Assembly (NCBI GenBank): GCA_002269645.1
Contig: NIVC01001658.1
Location: forward strand, 1 to 64,000
Length of the DNA stretch: 64,000 nt
From: Macrostomum lignano
Taxonomy: Eukaryota
Direction: 5' to 3'
In this document: piece by piece, positions 34,101-62,869 of the stretch
Numbering within the stretch: the first letter of the stretch is position 1
Layout of the letters: each line of letters starts with the position of its first letter
Notes under the pieces: generated by a model
What the model saw: the letters and a program-made list of their open reading frames with translations, nothing else
The model's database searches: none
Told to the model about the DNA's origin: nothing
Position numbers and translations under genes: made by a program

Positions 34101-37100
34101 GAATTGTTCCAATTGTTTGCCAGCGCCTACGCCAAAAACGGAGTGTCAACCTAGCGCCGCTGTCGACCCGAAAATCCCGGCAAAATGCGTCTACTTTCAA
34201 AATGAGCACAGCGACGAGGTAAGTGCTCTGAACAACTCGATCTACTCAAGATCAAGTTTTGTACGAGCTATATACAAAGCCATCTTTTTTTACAGAAAAC
34301 GATTATTGCTACTTGCGGAGACTGTGTCAGCTTTTCTAAGTACGCCGACAAAGCGCTAATCTCAACTACTTGCCAGTCTTGCACTGCAGATACGTGCGCT
34401 GCCGAACCATCAATGGCGAAAGTTGGTAAGTATATAGCTGTCTTTTTAATAATTAAGGCTTTTAATCAGAATATACTTATTATGAGACGCTTTTTAATAA
34501 TATTATTGAGCTTTTCGATTCTTATCCGACTAGCAGTGAATTTTCATGTCAAATACTAAAACATTCTGCTTATTGCAGAGCCAGCTGCTAAAGGCTTAAA
34601 GTGCTTCGTTAGTTTCGACCAAAAATCCAAAATCAAGACGCTAGCAATGTGCAAAGCAGGCGTGAGGCAATGTCACAGAGCCGAGTCTAAAAGCGGACGG
34701 GTAAGTCAGACAAACCTCTGTTGGAAGGCGCATGCAGTATTGTTTATTAGTGTATTATTGACAAAGAACATTCTTGTGTTTTCAGAATTTTCTACATTCG
34801 GGTTGCGGTGACTGCTCGGAAGCCAGTGAGGAAACTAAGAGTTTAGGACGCTTCGCGCGTGTTGAATGCAAATCCTGCAACACAAACGGATGCAATACGC
34901 CAAGCCTAACATTCGATAAATATGGTAATAAATATCTTCGCGGATTATTTATAATTTTTGGTAACATTTTTCGATTTTTGTCGATAGGCCGGTAATTTTA
35001 GATTTTTTCAATCAGTTTTTTCACTAAATACGCAGTGTCCCTGGACAGAGTAGTTAGTAAATACGGCCAGGCAGTACTTCTTTCAGGAGCTGATTTTGTT
35101 TGATTAAGTAGGCTACAGTACTAGCAGAAGTATGACCTGCACCTACAGCCAGGACTGCTTATTTTTAGGATGAATAATTTTCTCGAAATGAACAATTGAA
35201 TAAAACTACTGTAAAGGCGACATACTGCTGTGTACAAATACACAAAAGAATGAAAAAGCGACTTCATAGCAGAAATGCACGTAACTGTATATTAGTTTCG
35301 AAGCTTGCCGTACTTTTGTCACTTTATTTGTAATATTTTCCGTTAGAGTCATACATTTACGTACCTGTATACTAATATATTTATCTCAAACATTTTCACT
35401 TTTTGAATCACATTTACGACTACTTAACTAATTGCAAATTCTTATTTATTACAGAAGAGGCTAGAAAATGTTATGAAGGCGAAGACAAAAGTTATACGAT
35501 ATTGTGCAAATTTTCGGTATGGACATGCATGCGAAGTTACTTCAGCGACGGGGTAGGTCAAATTAATTTATTGTATACTCTCGGTATAGCTAACAGGACA
35601 GAAAGATATATAAATTCAATAGTTTATATTTGTATCTGATTTATTGCAGACATTTATGAGCGCGGGTTGCGGAAGCTGCGACAAGTTGCATGCGGAAGCC
35701 AAAGCACTTGGAAAGACGGCTATTTGCAGAACTTGCAGCACTAACGAGTGTAATTCAGCCAGTTTGATGGCAGGTGTTGGTAAGTATAGCTTCAGTTATT
35801 ATTTCCTCATTTTCTTTGATTTCTTAATTTCTTAATCCTTAGAGCGACGTCAGAAACGTTACACTCCGCCTAAAATGCGATTGCCACTTCCTAGTTAAAT
35901 CAACCTACTTCTTCCAAGTTAGCAGCTATAATCAGGTAACCCAGAAGACGGAAGAGTTAACTAGGAAGACGGAAGAATTGTTTCGTTTACGCTCTCGCAA
36001 TGATCGTCGCGGAAATTTAGGAGTCCTACTCGAATTTTTCTACTGCAGCTAGTAGCACCCAAAGATCTTTTCAGTAGTAGTGATTCAAATAGGCTATTCC
36101 GGATTTAACAATAGTGTAAGATGAAGATTTAGTATATTGTGATAATTTGTTCTGATTATAAATGGCCTCAGAAGTAGCACGAATAAACAATTAAAGTATT
36201 TTGCTTTATTTAAGTGCTGTTAATTCAAACCGGATTTTTAACTAGGACACGATCTATTTCTTATTACTAGTTTAACCTTGAATATTCACATTGGCTTCAA
36301 CTTATTTATGCGGGACTTTTTGTGCATGGGGGTTAATCCTCAGGGTGTTAATCGCAAGTCAACCCCATAGGCCAATTTTCTTGTACCCCCAAAGTATCAA
36401 CTGATGCAAAATAGTGTTTGACATTTGCATTTTTCACTTGGGGCAAATAAAACTGGGTTAGCTACCGATCATGCTCAGTGCACAATCGGGTGCTACATGT
36501 AACATGCAATTACCGTCTAAGATTTCCGTGTAAGAAGTCCTGATATTTATGCTTATTTCCTGATTAATGTAATTGAATATTAAGTGACGCAATTGTTTGG
36601 TGTCTACATTAGTTGCAGAAAACCCACCGTCAGTTTTCGTGCTGATTTACAATGAATGCCGTTTTCATTGCAGAATTCCGTGAGTTCTTTCGCTGCCACG
36701 TGGCTAATTTTGGCAGAAGATCTTTTACTTCAGTGTGCAATCATGGTGTTACTACCTGCTATGAAGCTGAACTTACTGATGGGGTGAAAATTTTGAAGCA
36801 AATTTTATTATTGACAAAATTGAAATTAATTATTTCAACTTCCAAGTCAATTTGATTTTTTCTTAAACTTGCAGGAAAGGATGGCAAATTGTGGCACCTG
36901 TGCAGAGGTTAATAAAAACAAAAAGACAGCCAAAATTTGCAAAACTTGCAACACTCCACTATGTAATGTGGGCCTTCTAAAGCCCTCTCAAGGTAAAGAA
37001 ATTATTGTTGAAGTGACTTAATTTATTAGTATTCTAGAGACAGTGGCACCTACCAAAAGACAGGGGTACCCACCAATAGACAGTGACCAAGAGACAGTGA

Positions 37101-40100
37101 CCAAAAGACTGTGACCAAGAGACAGTGACCAAGAGACAGTGACCAAGAGACAGTGACCAAGAGACAGTGACCAAGAGACAGTGACCAAGAGACAGTGACC
37201 AAGAGACAGTGACCAAGAGACAGTGACCAAGAGACAGTGACCAAGAGACAGTGACCAAGAGACAGTGACCAAAAGACTGTGACCAAGAGACAGTGACCAA
37301 GAGACAGTGACCAAGAGACAGTGACCAAGAGACAGTGACCAGAGAGACAGTGACCAAGCGACAGTGACCAAGAGACTGTGACCAAGAGACAGTGACCAGA
37401 GAGACAGTGACCAAGCGACAGTGACCAAGAGACTGTGACCAAGAGACAGTGACCAAGAGACAGTGACCAAGAGACAGTGACCAAGAGACAGTGACCAAGA
37501 GACAGTGACCAAGGGACAGTGGCGCCCACCAAGAGGCAGTGGCGCCCACCAAGAGACAGGGGTGCCCACCAAAATGCCTAATTTGTAGGCCCTTCCCTGG
37601 TAAAATGTACTGAAATTAGGCAACTCATAGCTATAGCAGCACATCAATAAACTTTAAAAGAAGATTGCATACTTTTTTATCCGATACAGACTTTGAGTGC
37701 TACGTGAGCTTCAATAATTCAGTAAACGTTGTGGAAAAATGCCCGCCGGGAGTAAAAAGCTGTTTCCGAGCCAAATCCACTGATGGGGTAAGTCGGTTTG
37801 ATAAGCATACTTGTTTTTTGATGTGTGTAATTTAAATTGTGTAACGATTGTGTAACGAATGCCCATTCCGCTAATCCCTGAACGGCCGACACGTCGCTAT
37901 AGATGATTGATTATCCATAGTCGGCTCGAAGGCCATGATAAAAGGTTGGTGGGCTACCCTAGAAGGGGCGCGGTACCCACCCGGCCGCTCCACCTGACCG
38001 GGCAGTAGGCCAAAAGAACCCTCAAGGCTGGCCCGACACCAGGAGGGGGACCACTTGCGACCGGACAACTCCCCGGCCTTCCAGCTTATCGGCACGATCA
38101 ACACCTTAGGCATTAGAGCGTACGTTGAGCAGTACCACGGCCCGCATACCCAAGTTCGGCAAAAGCCACTGGATGGTCCCCAGCGCCGGAGCCCAGTCTA
38201 TCCGGCAGCCCTAGGGTCTGCCTTGAACACTCGCGGCCCGGACGGATACCCCTGAGTCGGCTTGCGAGACAGCGTGGGGGGGGGGGGGTCTGCGGCTGCC
38301 AGCGGCAAATCTAGGGTGCAGACCTCCCACCAGCCTTTACCTGCTGAAGATAAGGGCATGGTCTGTCTCATACTTCACTGGCATGCTGAATACGCCCCTG
38401 CGAGCGAATCACTTCATAGAGAACCGTGAAAATGCATACAGGAAAAATAATATTTCCGGGTTTTTTCCTAGTAGAAATTATAATATCACGATAAAATTAG
38501 TTAAAAACGAAACTTAATTTAATTATCTCAAGCATGCGTTCCACTGAATCCATGATAAAACGACACAAAAAATTACGTATACACATGTATCTAGAACCAA
38601 ATTGTCAAACTACACCAGTATAATTTAATATCGAAACTTTCCAGTAGTGTATGCACTATTCATATCGCAGTTTCCTTGAGAGTCTACATTTATTCCTCAT
38701 ATTGTTCATGTTATAATATATTTAATGTTCTTTAAGTAATTCGACAGAAACTTTAATTGATAGTCAAATTAATTTTAAGGCGGTATTCATTGCTGCCTGT
38801 GGGAACTGCGAGCCATTCAATTCTCACATCAAAGGAGCAGCCGAGGGTGTCACTTGCAAGGCCTGCGGCACGGAACGGTGCAATTCGGCCCAACCGCCAG
38901 AAAAAGCTGGTGAGAATGTGTATTCATGTATCGTATGAATTCGAGATTGCAATTATTAGTAGAGATTTATCAGTTATTTATTTATTAGTTAGCGAATTCA
39001 ATTATTAGTTTATTTGCTGACATGAAAGCGTACGAGACAACACGCCAAGCACGTTCACACGGAGTACCCAAAAAAGGCGCGAAGACAGTTTAAATTGGCG
39101 GGGAGTTCAGTTCATTAAAACCTTGGACGACTATCAAAATAGAATTAAGAAGTTAATAGAACTTAAGGTGCAAATTTTCATATTAAACTATATTGAACCA
39201 ATAATTAAAGAACCTGCAATTTGCCTAAATACAACCAATTTTGTATAGAAAAAAATCACATAGAAACTAAAAATAAAAGCTGCTAACGACTTTGCGTTAC
39301 TTTTAAAAAAAACTGATGGATACTGCAAAGAAAATTTACACAAAAGCACATTGGGCATTCGTATCGTATGTAGTTTTATAGAAAATATTATAGATAACAC
39401 ACTTAAACCGACGCAAAGGTAGCCAATTAATTTGAAAGTGACTAAATCGGAAGATTTTATTGTGTCCAAAGATGACGTCATAATCACTAGTTAATGGATG
39501 TACGGATGTACTAGTCCGTGTTTGACCCGATCCATAGAGAGACAGTCCGATGTCTAAATTTATATTTATAATCTTTAACCTATTATATAACACAATTTAA
39601 TACGCGTCTATTTAACGTATCTTTTTATTATCAGCCACTGAAGGCATCGAGTGTAACATTAACTTTGGAACCGGCGCTAGCACGACGGTGAAATGTGGAG
39701 CAACAGTCCGGTCCTGTTTCCGAGCTGAGCTAAAGGACGGGGTAGGACTATTCGGGGTCTGAATTTTATTTAGCAGCGAGACAACTATAGACGTAATTTA
39801 TCTACAAAAATGACTCTGCAATTTCAGAAGGAATTCGCCTCTTGTGGCGATTGCAATGGGCCTACTGCTCTGTTTGGGCGTATCGGAAATTTGGTCAGGT
39901 GCGATGCCTGTTTTACTGATCGATGCGGTTCAATGCAAGGTAAGAAGTACTCTACTAGTAACAGTGTCCCCTGACTGACTCGTATATTACGGTCGTAATT
40001 TTACCAGTAAAATACCGGTATCTATCTGAGTGATTAGCGATATGGCCAATGTGTAAATATTTTAATTGTTAACTGAAAAAACGATACCAATAATGAGGTC

Positions 40101-43100
40101 GCTACACTTCAGCCGTCAAACTTGCATCGAGACTCGCGTGTTACACCTATGCCAGCAAAACTTTAAGAACGGAGATGGGATGCAGCCCCGGACAGACGAG
40201 CTGTTTCCTGGCTGAATTCAGTAGCGGGGTAATTCAAGGCCTACTAATCGCTGTTTCATTGTAGTAGATAAAGCTGTATTGATAACTTTATTAATTTCCA
40301 AGCAATTTTACCTTACAAATCTTTCCAGTCTGTCTCAGGTGGTTGCGGAGACTGCTCCCGTAGTAAGACTTTTGCTAATGGTATGAGACAGTCTGTCAAT
40401 TGCAGCACCTGTACCACAGACAAGTGCAATACGTTTTCGTCAACATCTGGAGCTGGTAAGTAGCTCGTAGTACCTAACTGCTTTTGGTATGCTATTTTAG
40501 AAAAGAGATGATAAAGTAATTAAAGATAGTTTGAGCCATAGACAACATGCACATTTTTACTGAGAGACCCGCGACTGAAAGACAACAATTTTCAAGCCTG
40601 CATACGATTGGGCATCAAAGTTGAGAGTCTATGATTGAATACCTCACGGAGCATCTTCGGTTGAATGTAGCAGTTGTTGATCTAGAAATTAGCAAAAGAA
40701 GTCACTAGTGCAGACTGATGTTTATCGAATCGTTTGAAATATATAGGAAAGGACATCCTTGTGTTCTAGAGTCCTAGAGATGTGCTAGATTAGAGTTCTC
40801 AGTGGAGTTTCTCAGTTAGAAATGTGCCTGCTAGGGTGCAACCCTTTGGTTATCTGTTTTCTTAATTAGCACAACGGAAGCAATACTCCTTCTTTAACTC
40901 TTTCTTTAAGCCGATTAACTGGCATAAAAGTCTATTAATTGCCTCCCACGTTCTTGTAACGGTCATTATCATGTACTATAAAAACACGTTTTCAGCCGCA
41001 GCTGGCCCAGCACCTGTACTGACATGCTATGCACACTCAAACACTGCCGCAAAAATCGAACAGAGCTGTCCTGGATTCAATAAGTGCTATTTGGCTATTT
41101 ACGGTAGTGGGGTGAGTCGACGCACAGATTTCAACGCGCATTGTTATTTAAACAGAAAGTCAGTTGTTCGATGTGTTTGATTTTTTTTCAGGCGGAATCG
41201 GGTAATTGCGGAGACTGCTCCCTGATCGAGTCTGCAGCTAAACTTACAGGACAAACAGTCAAATGTAGCACCTGCAGCACAGACAAGTGTAATGCGGGCT
41301 CGTCTACAGGTGCCATCGGTGCCGGCGGTGAGTGCCAATATACGATAATTTTTTAACTAGCTATGGGAATGGAGACAATTATCCTATATACGTCTAGAAC
41401 CATTTCCTAGGCGCACTTATCTCGGTTTTAAAGATTCCTTAGCATGAAAACACGCATATACCTACCGACAGACCATTTTTAGTACATGGAAGTTGGGCCT
41501 ACGAGCTAAACTTTCTTGCCTTCTCACTGCCTTTGATTTGCGGTAGTGCAGAGTGCTCACCTACAAACTAAAATATTTCCTGTGGATAAAAAAACAACAG
41601 TTTCAGGGCCTGGAAGTGCATCGGCCCTCACGTGCTACTTATTTGACTACAAAAGCAACGGACAACCCACTGAGCAGAAATGTTTTACAGGTCGAGAGTG
41701 TATGACGGTTTTCCATGATAAAAAAGTAAGTCAGCCTAAGTCTTCAAGGAATGAATAAAGATACTTCAAGTTAATTTTCGTTTGATTCTTTGCTATTATA
41801 GGCCATGTCGGGTGCTTGCGGAGACTGCTCGATTATCAATAGTGCAGTCAAGAAGATGGCGGTAAATTCGATAACATGCACAACCTGCAGCAAAGACAAG
41901 TGCAACTCAGGCTGGTCGAATAGCGGAGCTGGTGGTGAGCTTATCAGACGTTCGGGTGACATGTTCAACCTTTTTTTCAAGAATAGTTGGTAAAAACAAA
42001 CAATACGTGCATGAATTGCAGGATGCACCAGGGGCTTTAGCACTAGGGGCCTTAGCACCAGGGGCTTTAGCACCAGGGGCTTTAGCACCAGGGGCTTTAG
42101 CACCAGGGGCTTTAGCACCAGGGGCTTTAGCACCAGGGGCGCCAGCACCAGGGGCTTTAGCACCAGGGGCTTTAGCACCAGGGGCTTTAGCACCAGGGGC
42201 TTTAGCACCAGGGGCTTTAGCACCAGGGGCTTTAGCACCAGGGGCTTTAGCACCAGGGGCTTTAGCACCAGGGGCTTTAGCACCAGGGGCGCCAGCACCA
42301 GGGGCTTTAGCACCAGGGGCTTTAGCACCAGGGGCTTTAGCACCAGGGGCTTTAGCACCAGGGGCTTTAGCACCAGGGGCTTTAGCACCAGGGGCTTTAG
42401 CACCAGGGGCTTTAGCACCAGGGGCTTTAGCACCAGGGGCTTTAGCACCAGGGGCTTTAGCACCAGGGGCTTTAGCACCAAGGGCACCAGCAGCAACAGT
42501 CGTTAGCAGCGACAAAGCTACAAAAGGAGGGCAACGTATTCCTTTAGCAAATTCATTGCTCTCACCTCGCGATTCAGCCCCTTCGCTTTAGGTTTTTGAG
42601 CACTAAATATTGCTTAGTGTTAATTCGATGCGTATTTACATTTTAGTGTCTGCATCGGCTCCAGGATTCAAGTGCTACGTGTTTAACAACGGCAGTGGGA
42701 AAATGACTGTTAAATGCAGTTCGCCTCTAAGCTGCCTGCTTTCCAAATATAATAATGGGAACGGTAATGTAAGTCACAAATGTCCTGTCGGAGTATTGTG
42801 ATTTCTACAAGTAAAAAATCAACTTCAACTCCCTTTAAGCTTGTGCTTGATAGTTGGATGGAAGTTTTCGTATGATTCCATCATTGAGGGCCATTCCCCA
42901 AATGCACAGAGGGTACGTCACAGCCTGACGATTAGAAAGCCAGGGCCGCTGTACACCTGTGTGAGCGTGTCTATGAGTGTCTCATTTATTAGCAACATGA
43001 ATGTCTTTGCAGATTTTTGAAGGCAGATGTGGAGACTGCGCCGCGATAAACGCCATGGGCAAGATAACAGGAGTGAAAGTCGAGTGTCACAGCTGCAAAA

Positions 43101-43249
43101 CTGACCTGTGCAACTCTGTTGAAGAATTCAAGAGAATCAGCAGTGCCAAGTCTGATGAGCAAAGCAGCGCTTCCTCGGTACAATACGGCAATATTGAAGC
43201 CATTGGCATAAATGTATTTTTGACTGTAGCTGTATTTGCTTATGCTTGA
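31189..43249 (+). CDS. Secreted/GPI-anchored protein with 12 tandem Cys-rich Ly6/uPAR three-finger-like modules (1006 aa, 25 exons)
   Basis: Signal exon 31189-31249, then A/B exon pairs: 31779-31882/31977-32106; 32898-32995/33097-33223; 34124-34218/34296-34425; 34579-34700/34786-34924; 35455-35552/35650-35779; 36674-36783/36875-36992; 37690-37787/38780-38909; 39635-39741/39828-39939; 40113-40228/40329-40455; 40996-41111/41192-41327; 41601-41725/41802-41934; 42647-42768/43013-43249. Each A exon is phase 1-0 with usually 3 Cys. Each B exon is phase 0-1 with CGxC..CxxC...C(N). Total 3021 nt, ending in a Ser-rich spacer and a hydrophobic tail ([15 protein letters not shown]). Confidence 0.85.
32640..32735. 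repeat. Short 21 bp tandem repeat (gcctgcggcgccaaaatgagt)
   Basis: About 4 copies in a Ly6-gene intron. Confidence 0.75.
37075..37560. repeat. 14 bp minisatellite (cagtgaccaagaga)
   Basis: Period 14, intronic between modules 6 and 7. Confidence 0.95.
37860..38345. other. GC-rich insertion of unknown class in the module-7 intron (probable mobile-element fragment)
   Basis: Abrupt GC rise inside an AT-rich intron, which makes this A-B intron ~1 kb versus ~80-250 nt in the other modules. No diagnostic motif or TSD found. Confidence 0.35.
42025..42490. repeat. 15 bp minisatellite (caccaggggctttag)
   Basis: About 30 copies; same unit as 24140-24650. Confidence 0.95.
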
Positions 43250-44729
43250 ATTAGTTTAAAGCATCAAGACTAAAAATGTGCTTGGCTCTAAAAAAGATAA
43301 AATGCAAATTTAAATTGTTTTTTAACAGTCTACCAATATATATGCTATGCTGCTCCCTATGTTGCACTAAAAAGGTAGAGATTAACATAACTTCTTTAAG
43401 CCACATCTTTTGCACATTACGAGTATTCACACATACCTGTACTACATGGACGTAATGTACGATATAAACCGTTACATAACACCACCCACATAACAAAGTA
43501 TATTTTTTCGTAAAAAATGTTAAATGCAAGGTTTTCGAGACTGAACAACAGTTACCGCTGTATGTACTTTAGTAAATCTATTGCAACCAGTTCGTATACA
43601 TATAAATGTTCTGCTTTTGTAACTTTTGTACGAAACAGTTTGTTTAAATTGCTAATAAATATCTGCAAGCTTGCTATCTACGTACATGGTATGGTTACAT
43701 GGTAATAGATGCGACAGTATATGCACACAAGGCATACTTTTCCTACACCTTGCATGTATGCTCGTATGCATGCCTATGATCTTAACTTTATCAATTTGAT
43801 GCTTAATGTTCGTACAACTGGACATAATAAATTGGACGAAGTTCTGTTATACGGTAACTACGGCTCATATATTGTAAATGTTCTATGCGCGATATCCTAC
43901 AACTCTCAAAGTGCTTGAACGTAAGAAACATTCTGTTCTATTATTTATGTTTGTCAATTAATTTTGTCATTTAAAATTTTAAAGTGAACGCTTTATACAC
44001 TTTCTGATACATTGACACACTTTTATTTGCAAAATAGGTTTTCTGTCAACATGTCCAAATTAAAAAACATGTACAAAATTGTACAAACATGTACCCCATA
44101 CCATGCACTATATACGGTAATTATAGACTGTCGAAGTGTTAATGTTAGCTTCCACTTGCATGTACGGCTATATGTTTGCAAACTGCAGATAAACATGAAT
44201 AAAAAAGCATCAAATACGCCTTCATGCTTTAATATAGCTGATATACTTAGTTGCACAGTCAAAATGGATGCGCTTGCTTAGTGTCATTTTAAATTCATGC
44301 AATAAGCTAAAAATAATAAATGCTCAGTAGTATAGGCGATCGTACACCATGAATTTGCTCGCAAAGGTACATAGATATTATTTCATGCTAACGATATTAA
44401 AGTAATTTGCAGATTTGGAGCAGATTCGGAGCATTAATTACGAGTATATATCCGTGAATTTTTTTCTGCAAAGAAAATAACAAAAAATACATGGTTGTGA
44501 GGAACTTCGACAATAAATGTTCTAGATAGAATATCCCTTTAAAGTACAACTAATTTTAGTTGCTAGTAAATTATTGACTAGCTTCTTTGATTTAAATTTA
44601 TTTAAAAATGATTTATTTGTTTGCATGAACTTTTTACGGCAATTTAAAGATAAATTGGTATATGCATTTCTGATAGTAATTACCTACCTTACAGTAAATG
44701 ACTACGGCCAAGCTGTTTGCGGCTTCACT

Positions 44730-60105
<15,376 letters not shown>

Positions 60106-61163
60106 TTACCTGACTGACACGCAGGGTTTAAACGTTCCGCTTTGTTTGTGTTTAATTTTTACTGTGTAAAGCATCAAACTACGTACCGTAATCATGGACA
60201 ACTAAAGTAGATCAGGACAATCTAATAAAGTGGGTATGTTTTCACTGCAAAATTCATTCGCGCGAAGTAAGTTTACAGATTTTTTTGAATCTATAGCTAT
60301 TACCATAAAATCAAGAAAAAAAATCTGTTACTAATTCAGTTTCAATTGGAACTTTAGTCGATGTAATCTCTGTTCAACTGGTAGCATTTATAGAATTAAA
60401 GAAATAGTTTAACTTGTGGTTCGTAAAGTTTAAATTCGGAAATTATATAGCCTAGATAATGGTGCCCTATGTTACAGCTTACGTGTACATGCGATGATGT
60501 ACAACTGACGGACGATTACCTGCACGAACCACCTGATTTATATGCCACTATAACTTTTCTTATTGATTTCTTGCCTTATTAATCCTCTAATACTAAAAAT
60601 CTAACTTACTAATCTTTTTTAAAACACTCACTGCTTTGTCATTTAATAAAAAATATACGATCATGCACTTAACTATAATTTTTATATTAACTGTTAGACC
60701 GCAAATCGTCCACTTGAGAATTGCGGCCTGTTCCATGGTATCTAATTTAATATTGAAGTCAAGAAAGCTAGATTAAAATTATCTTCACAGAGTTTTTTTA
60801 ACTGCCCTTTTAGGATATACGAGCTATTCTCCACAAATGGACATGTGCATGTAATTAACAGCGCGATTTCATCATTGCAATGATGATACAAGACTCCGAT
60901 TGCATCACATAAATTCTATCTACTTGAGTACATGTACCATAAATGATGTGCCGTCTACACACTATATGGTACATGTAATTGATTATCTGAAGATCTGATT
61001 TTTTATTTTTTTATTTTAATGAACTCTCAGCAGATCAACACAGGAAAAGAGTTAAAACGAATATAGCCTATGTGCAGTTTGTTTTTTATTGTTTTAATCA
61101 TTAAATAATAAATTTGCATTATGCACAGAAAATATTATGTGTACATTCATACATGTTATATAC

Positions 61164-61527
61164 GGGGGCCGTAGCCCAGCGGTAGCGCAGCTGCTCTGGT
61201 GTGCCTGCGACCCAGGCTCGATTCCAAGGGCAGTCACATTAATTTGGGGCTGAATTGGAATCTCGGCTTGGCTCTGCTCGTGCAATTAACGGCCTTGAGA
61301 GCCAATCCCCCAAGGCGCAGTGAAGTGTACATGCCTAACGATAAAATAAAGTTAGGGCCGCTGTACACTCCTGTGTGAGTGTGTGCCTGCGTACGTATCC
61401 GCGCGCTTGTGTGCCTGCTCAGGGGAGTCGGCGAACGGGCAGTAATGCCTCTCGCCGGTTGTGTGCCTATGTCGCTTAAAGTGCGCCAGGGTGCACATAC
61501 AAGCCCCTGCCTCTAATAAAAAAATAA
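61164..61527 (+). mobile_element. Full-length tRNA-derived SINE with 15 bp target-site duplication
   Basis: Nearly identical to 47939-48295. TSD atacatgttatatac at 61149-61163 and 61528-61542. Confidence 0.9.
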
Positions 61528-62091
61528 ATACATGTTATATACAAATGTTTAAATATGTAATTTGATTAACCTGTGTACCGGCCCAGTGTTGTACAGGAAA
61601 TCATGTATAAAAAGTCTCCGCCAATTTGTAATTCAGTTCTTTGTTTTCTGGAGACGGGATCTGATATTAAGATCCCATTTTTGTTCACCGAGGACAATTA
61701 AGTTACGATAAAACATACATGTAACACGTACATGTACATTCACATTTTACAATGTATGCAGCTTGGTATTTCAATATGCATTATGCGTGTCTGGAAATTA
61801 TCTATTTTTATAACAAAACATTATATCAAAAAGATGTCTTTGAAATGTGCAAGAAAGCCATGCAAATCGGTTCAGTTTGTTCTGAAAGTGACTGCTGAAA
61901 GAATCAGCATTTCTCAGCTTCGGTAATGGGCCGTATGCAGAAAGCTCTGTCGACTAGGGTAGTCCGGTCTTGAAAAGCTAGTCTGGGCTTGGATTTGGTA
62001 TGCAGAAACACAAAGTTAGACTGGTCTACTATAGACAGAACAAAGGTAGCTAGACCATAGACTATAGACTGAACTACCCAAGTCCGGACTA

Positions 62092-62869
62092 CTACTACTA
62101 CTACTACTAAATAAGTAATATGGCGCCTCAGCCATTGAACAGGCTCTAATTACGCCACTAGGAATGAATTAGGATCCATGTTGGGAGTCAGGGAGTGTAC
62201 TAATGTACACTAGGTTTCTAAGCTATCTAAAAGAGGACTGTGGCCATCAAGCCGAGCAGGCGACACCAGTCGGGCTGAGGGCGCGGGCCCTACCCCCTAC
62301 CGTCGGGGCGTCGCACCTACTCCAAACTCAAATCAAAACCTCCCCGGGGCTAGAGGGGGTTGAGTGAACCAATCAGGGAAGCCCGTGCCTTCTCCTGGGT
62401 TAGAAAGCCAAAAAACCGGTCATATGACCGCCCCCACGGCAAGTGCATGGCGACCCGAAGGAACCTCCCCACCCACTAAACCCCGGGTACTCTTGCCAGA
62501 CAGTCTCTCATCTTTGAAGCGGCGGAGGGCTATTCGCCAGGACTGTTTCACCATTTGCTTCGCCAACCCGCCATTTTAATAGTGGCCATGTCAATTCGGC
62601 CCCGTCCTGCTCAGACTCAGTCCTGGTTTTGGCACACTCCAGCTTTAATAGAATCGCTGGTCTGTTCACCAGAGGACACTCCAAGGGAGACCGTGAGAGC
62701 ATCAACTGGAACAGGTATAGGCCTGCCTTCCTATACAGCTACCCACAGCCACAGCCCCCTCCTGATCTACCCTCTAACCCAGCCTACTAACTCATTACAA
62801 GCTTTCAGCCAGGCAGAGACAAGTGTCACAGGGGTACTGCGGTTCGGCGTCTCTATGCGAGACAAAACC
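62092..62869 (-). mobile_element. 5'-truncated non-LTR retroposon insertion with (TAG)n tail and 20 bp flanking direct repeat
   Basis: aactacccaagtccggacta occurs at 62072-62091 and 62870-62889. A (CTA)n run lies at ~62089-62109 and the interior is GC-rich. Confidence 0.65.

Noticed and set aside
38330-38400. Possible Penelope-type hammerhead ribozyme (ctgaaga..)
   Set aside because: No properly placed GAAA core or supporting stems were found.
41771-42591. ORFs with PGALA / KPLVL / GAKAP repeats (also 23981-24715), superficially collagen- or elastin-like
   Set aside because: They come from a 15-bp intronic minisatellite that is open in several frames on both strands; the flanking true exons splice around it.
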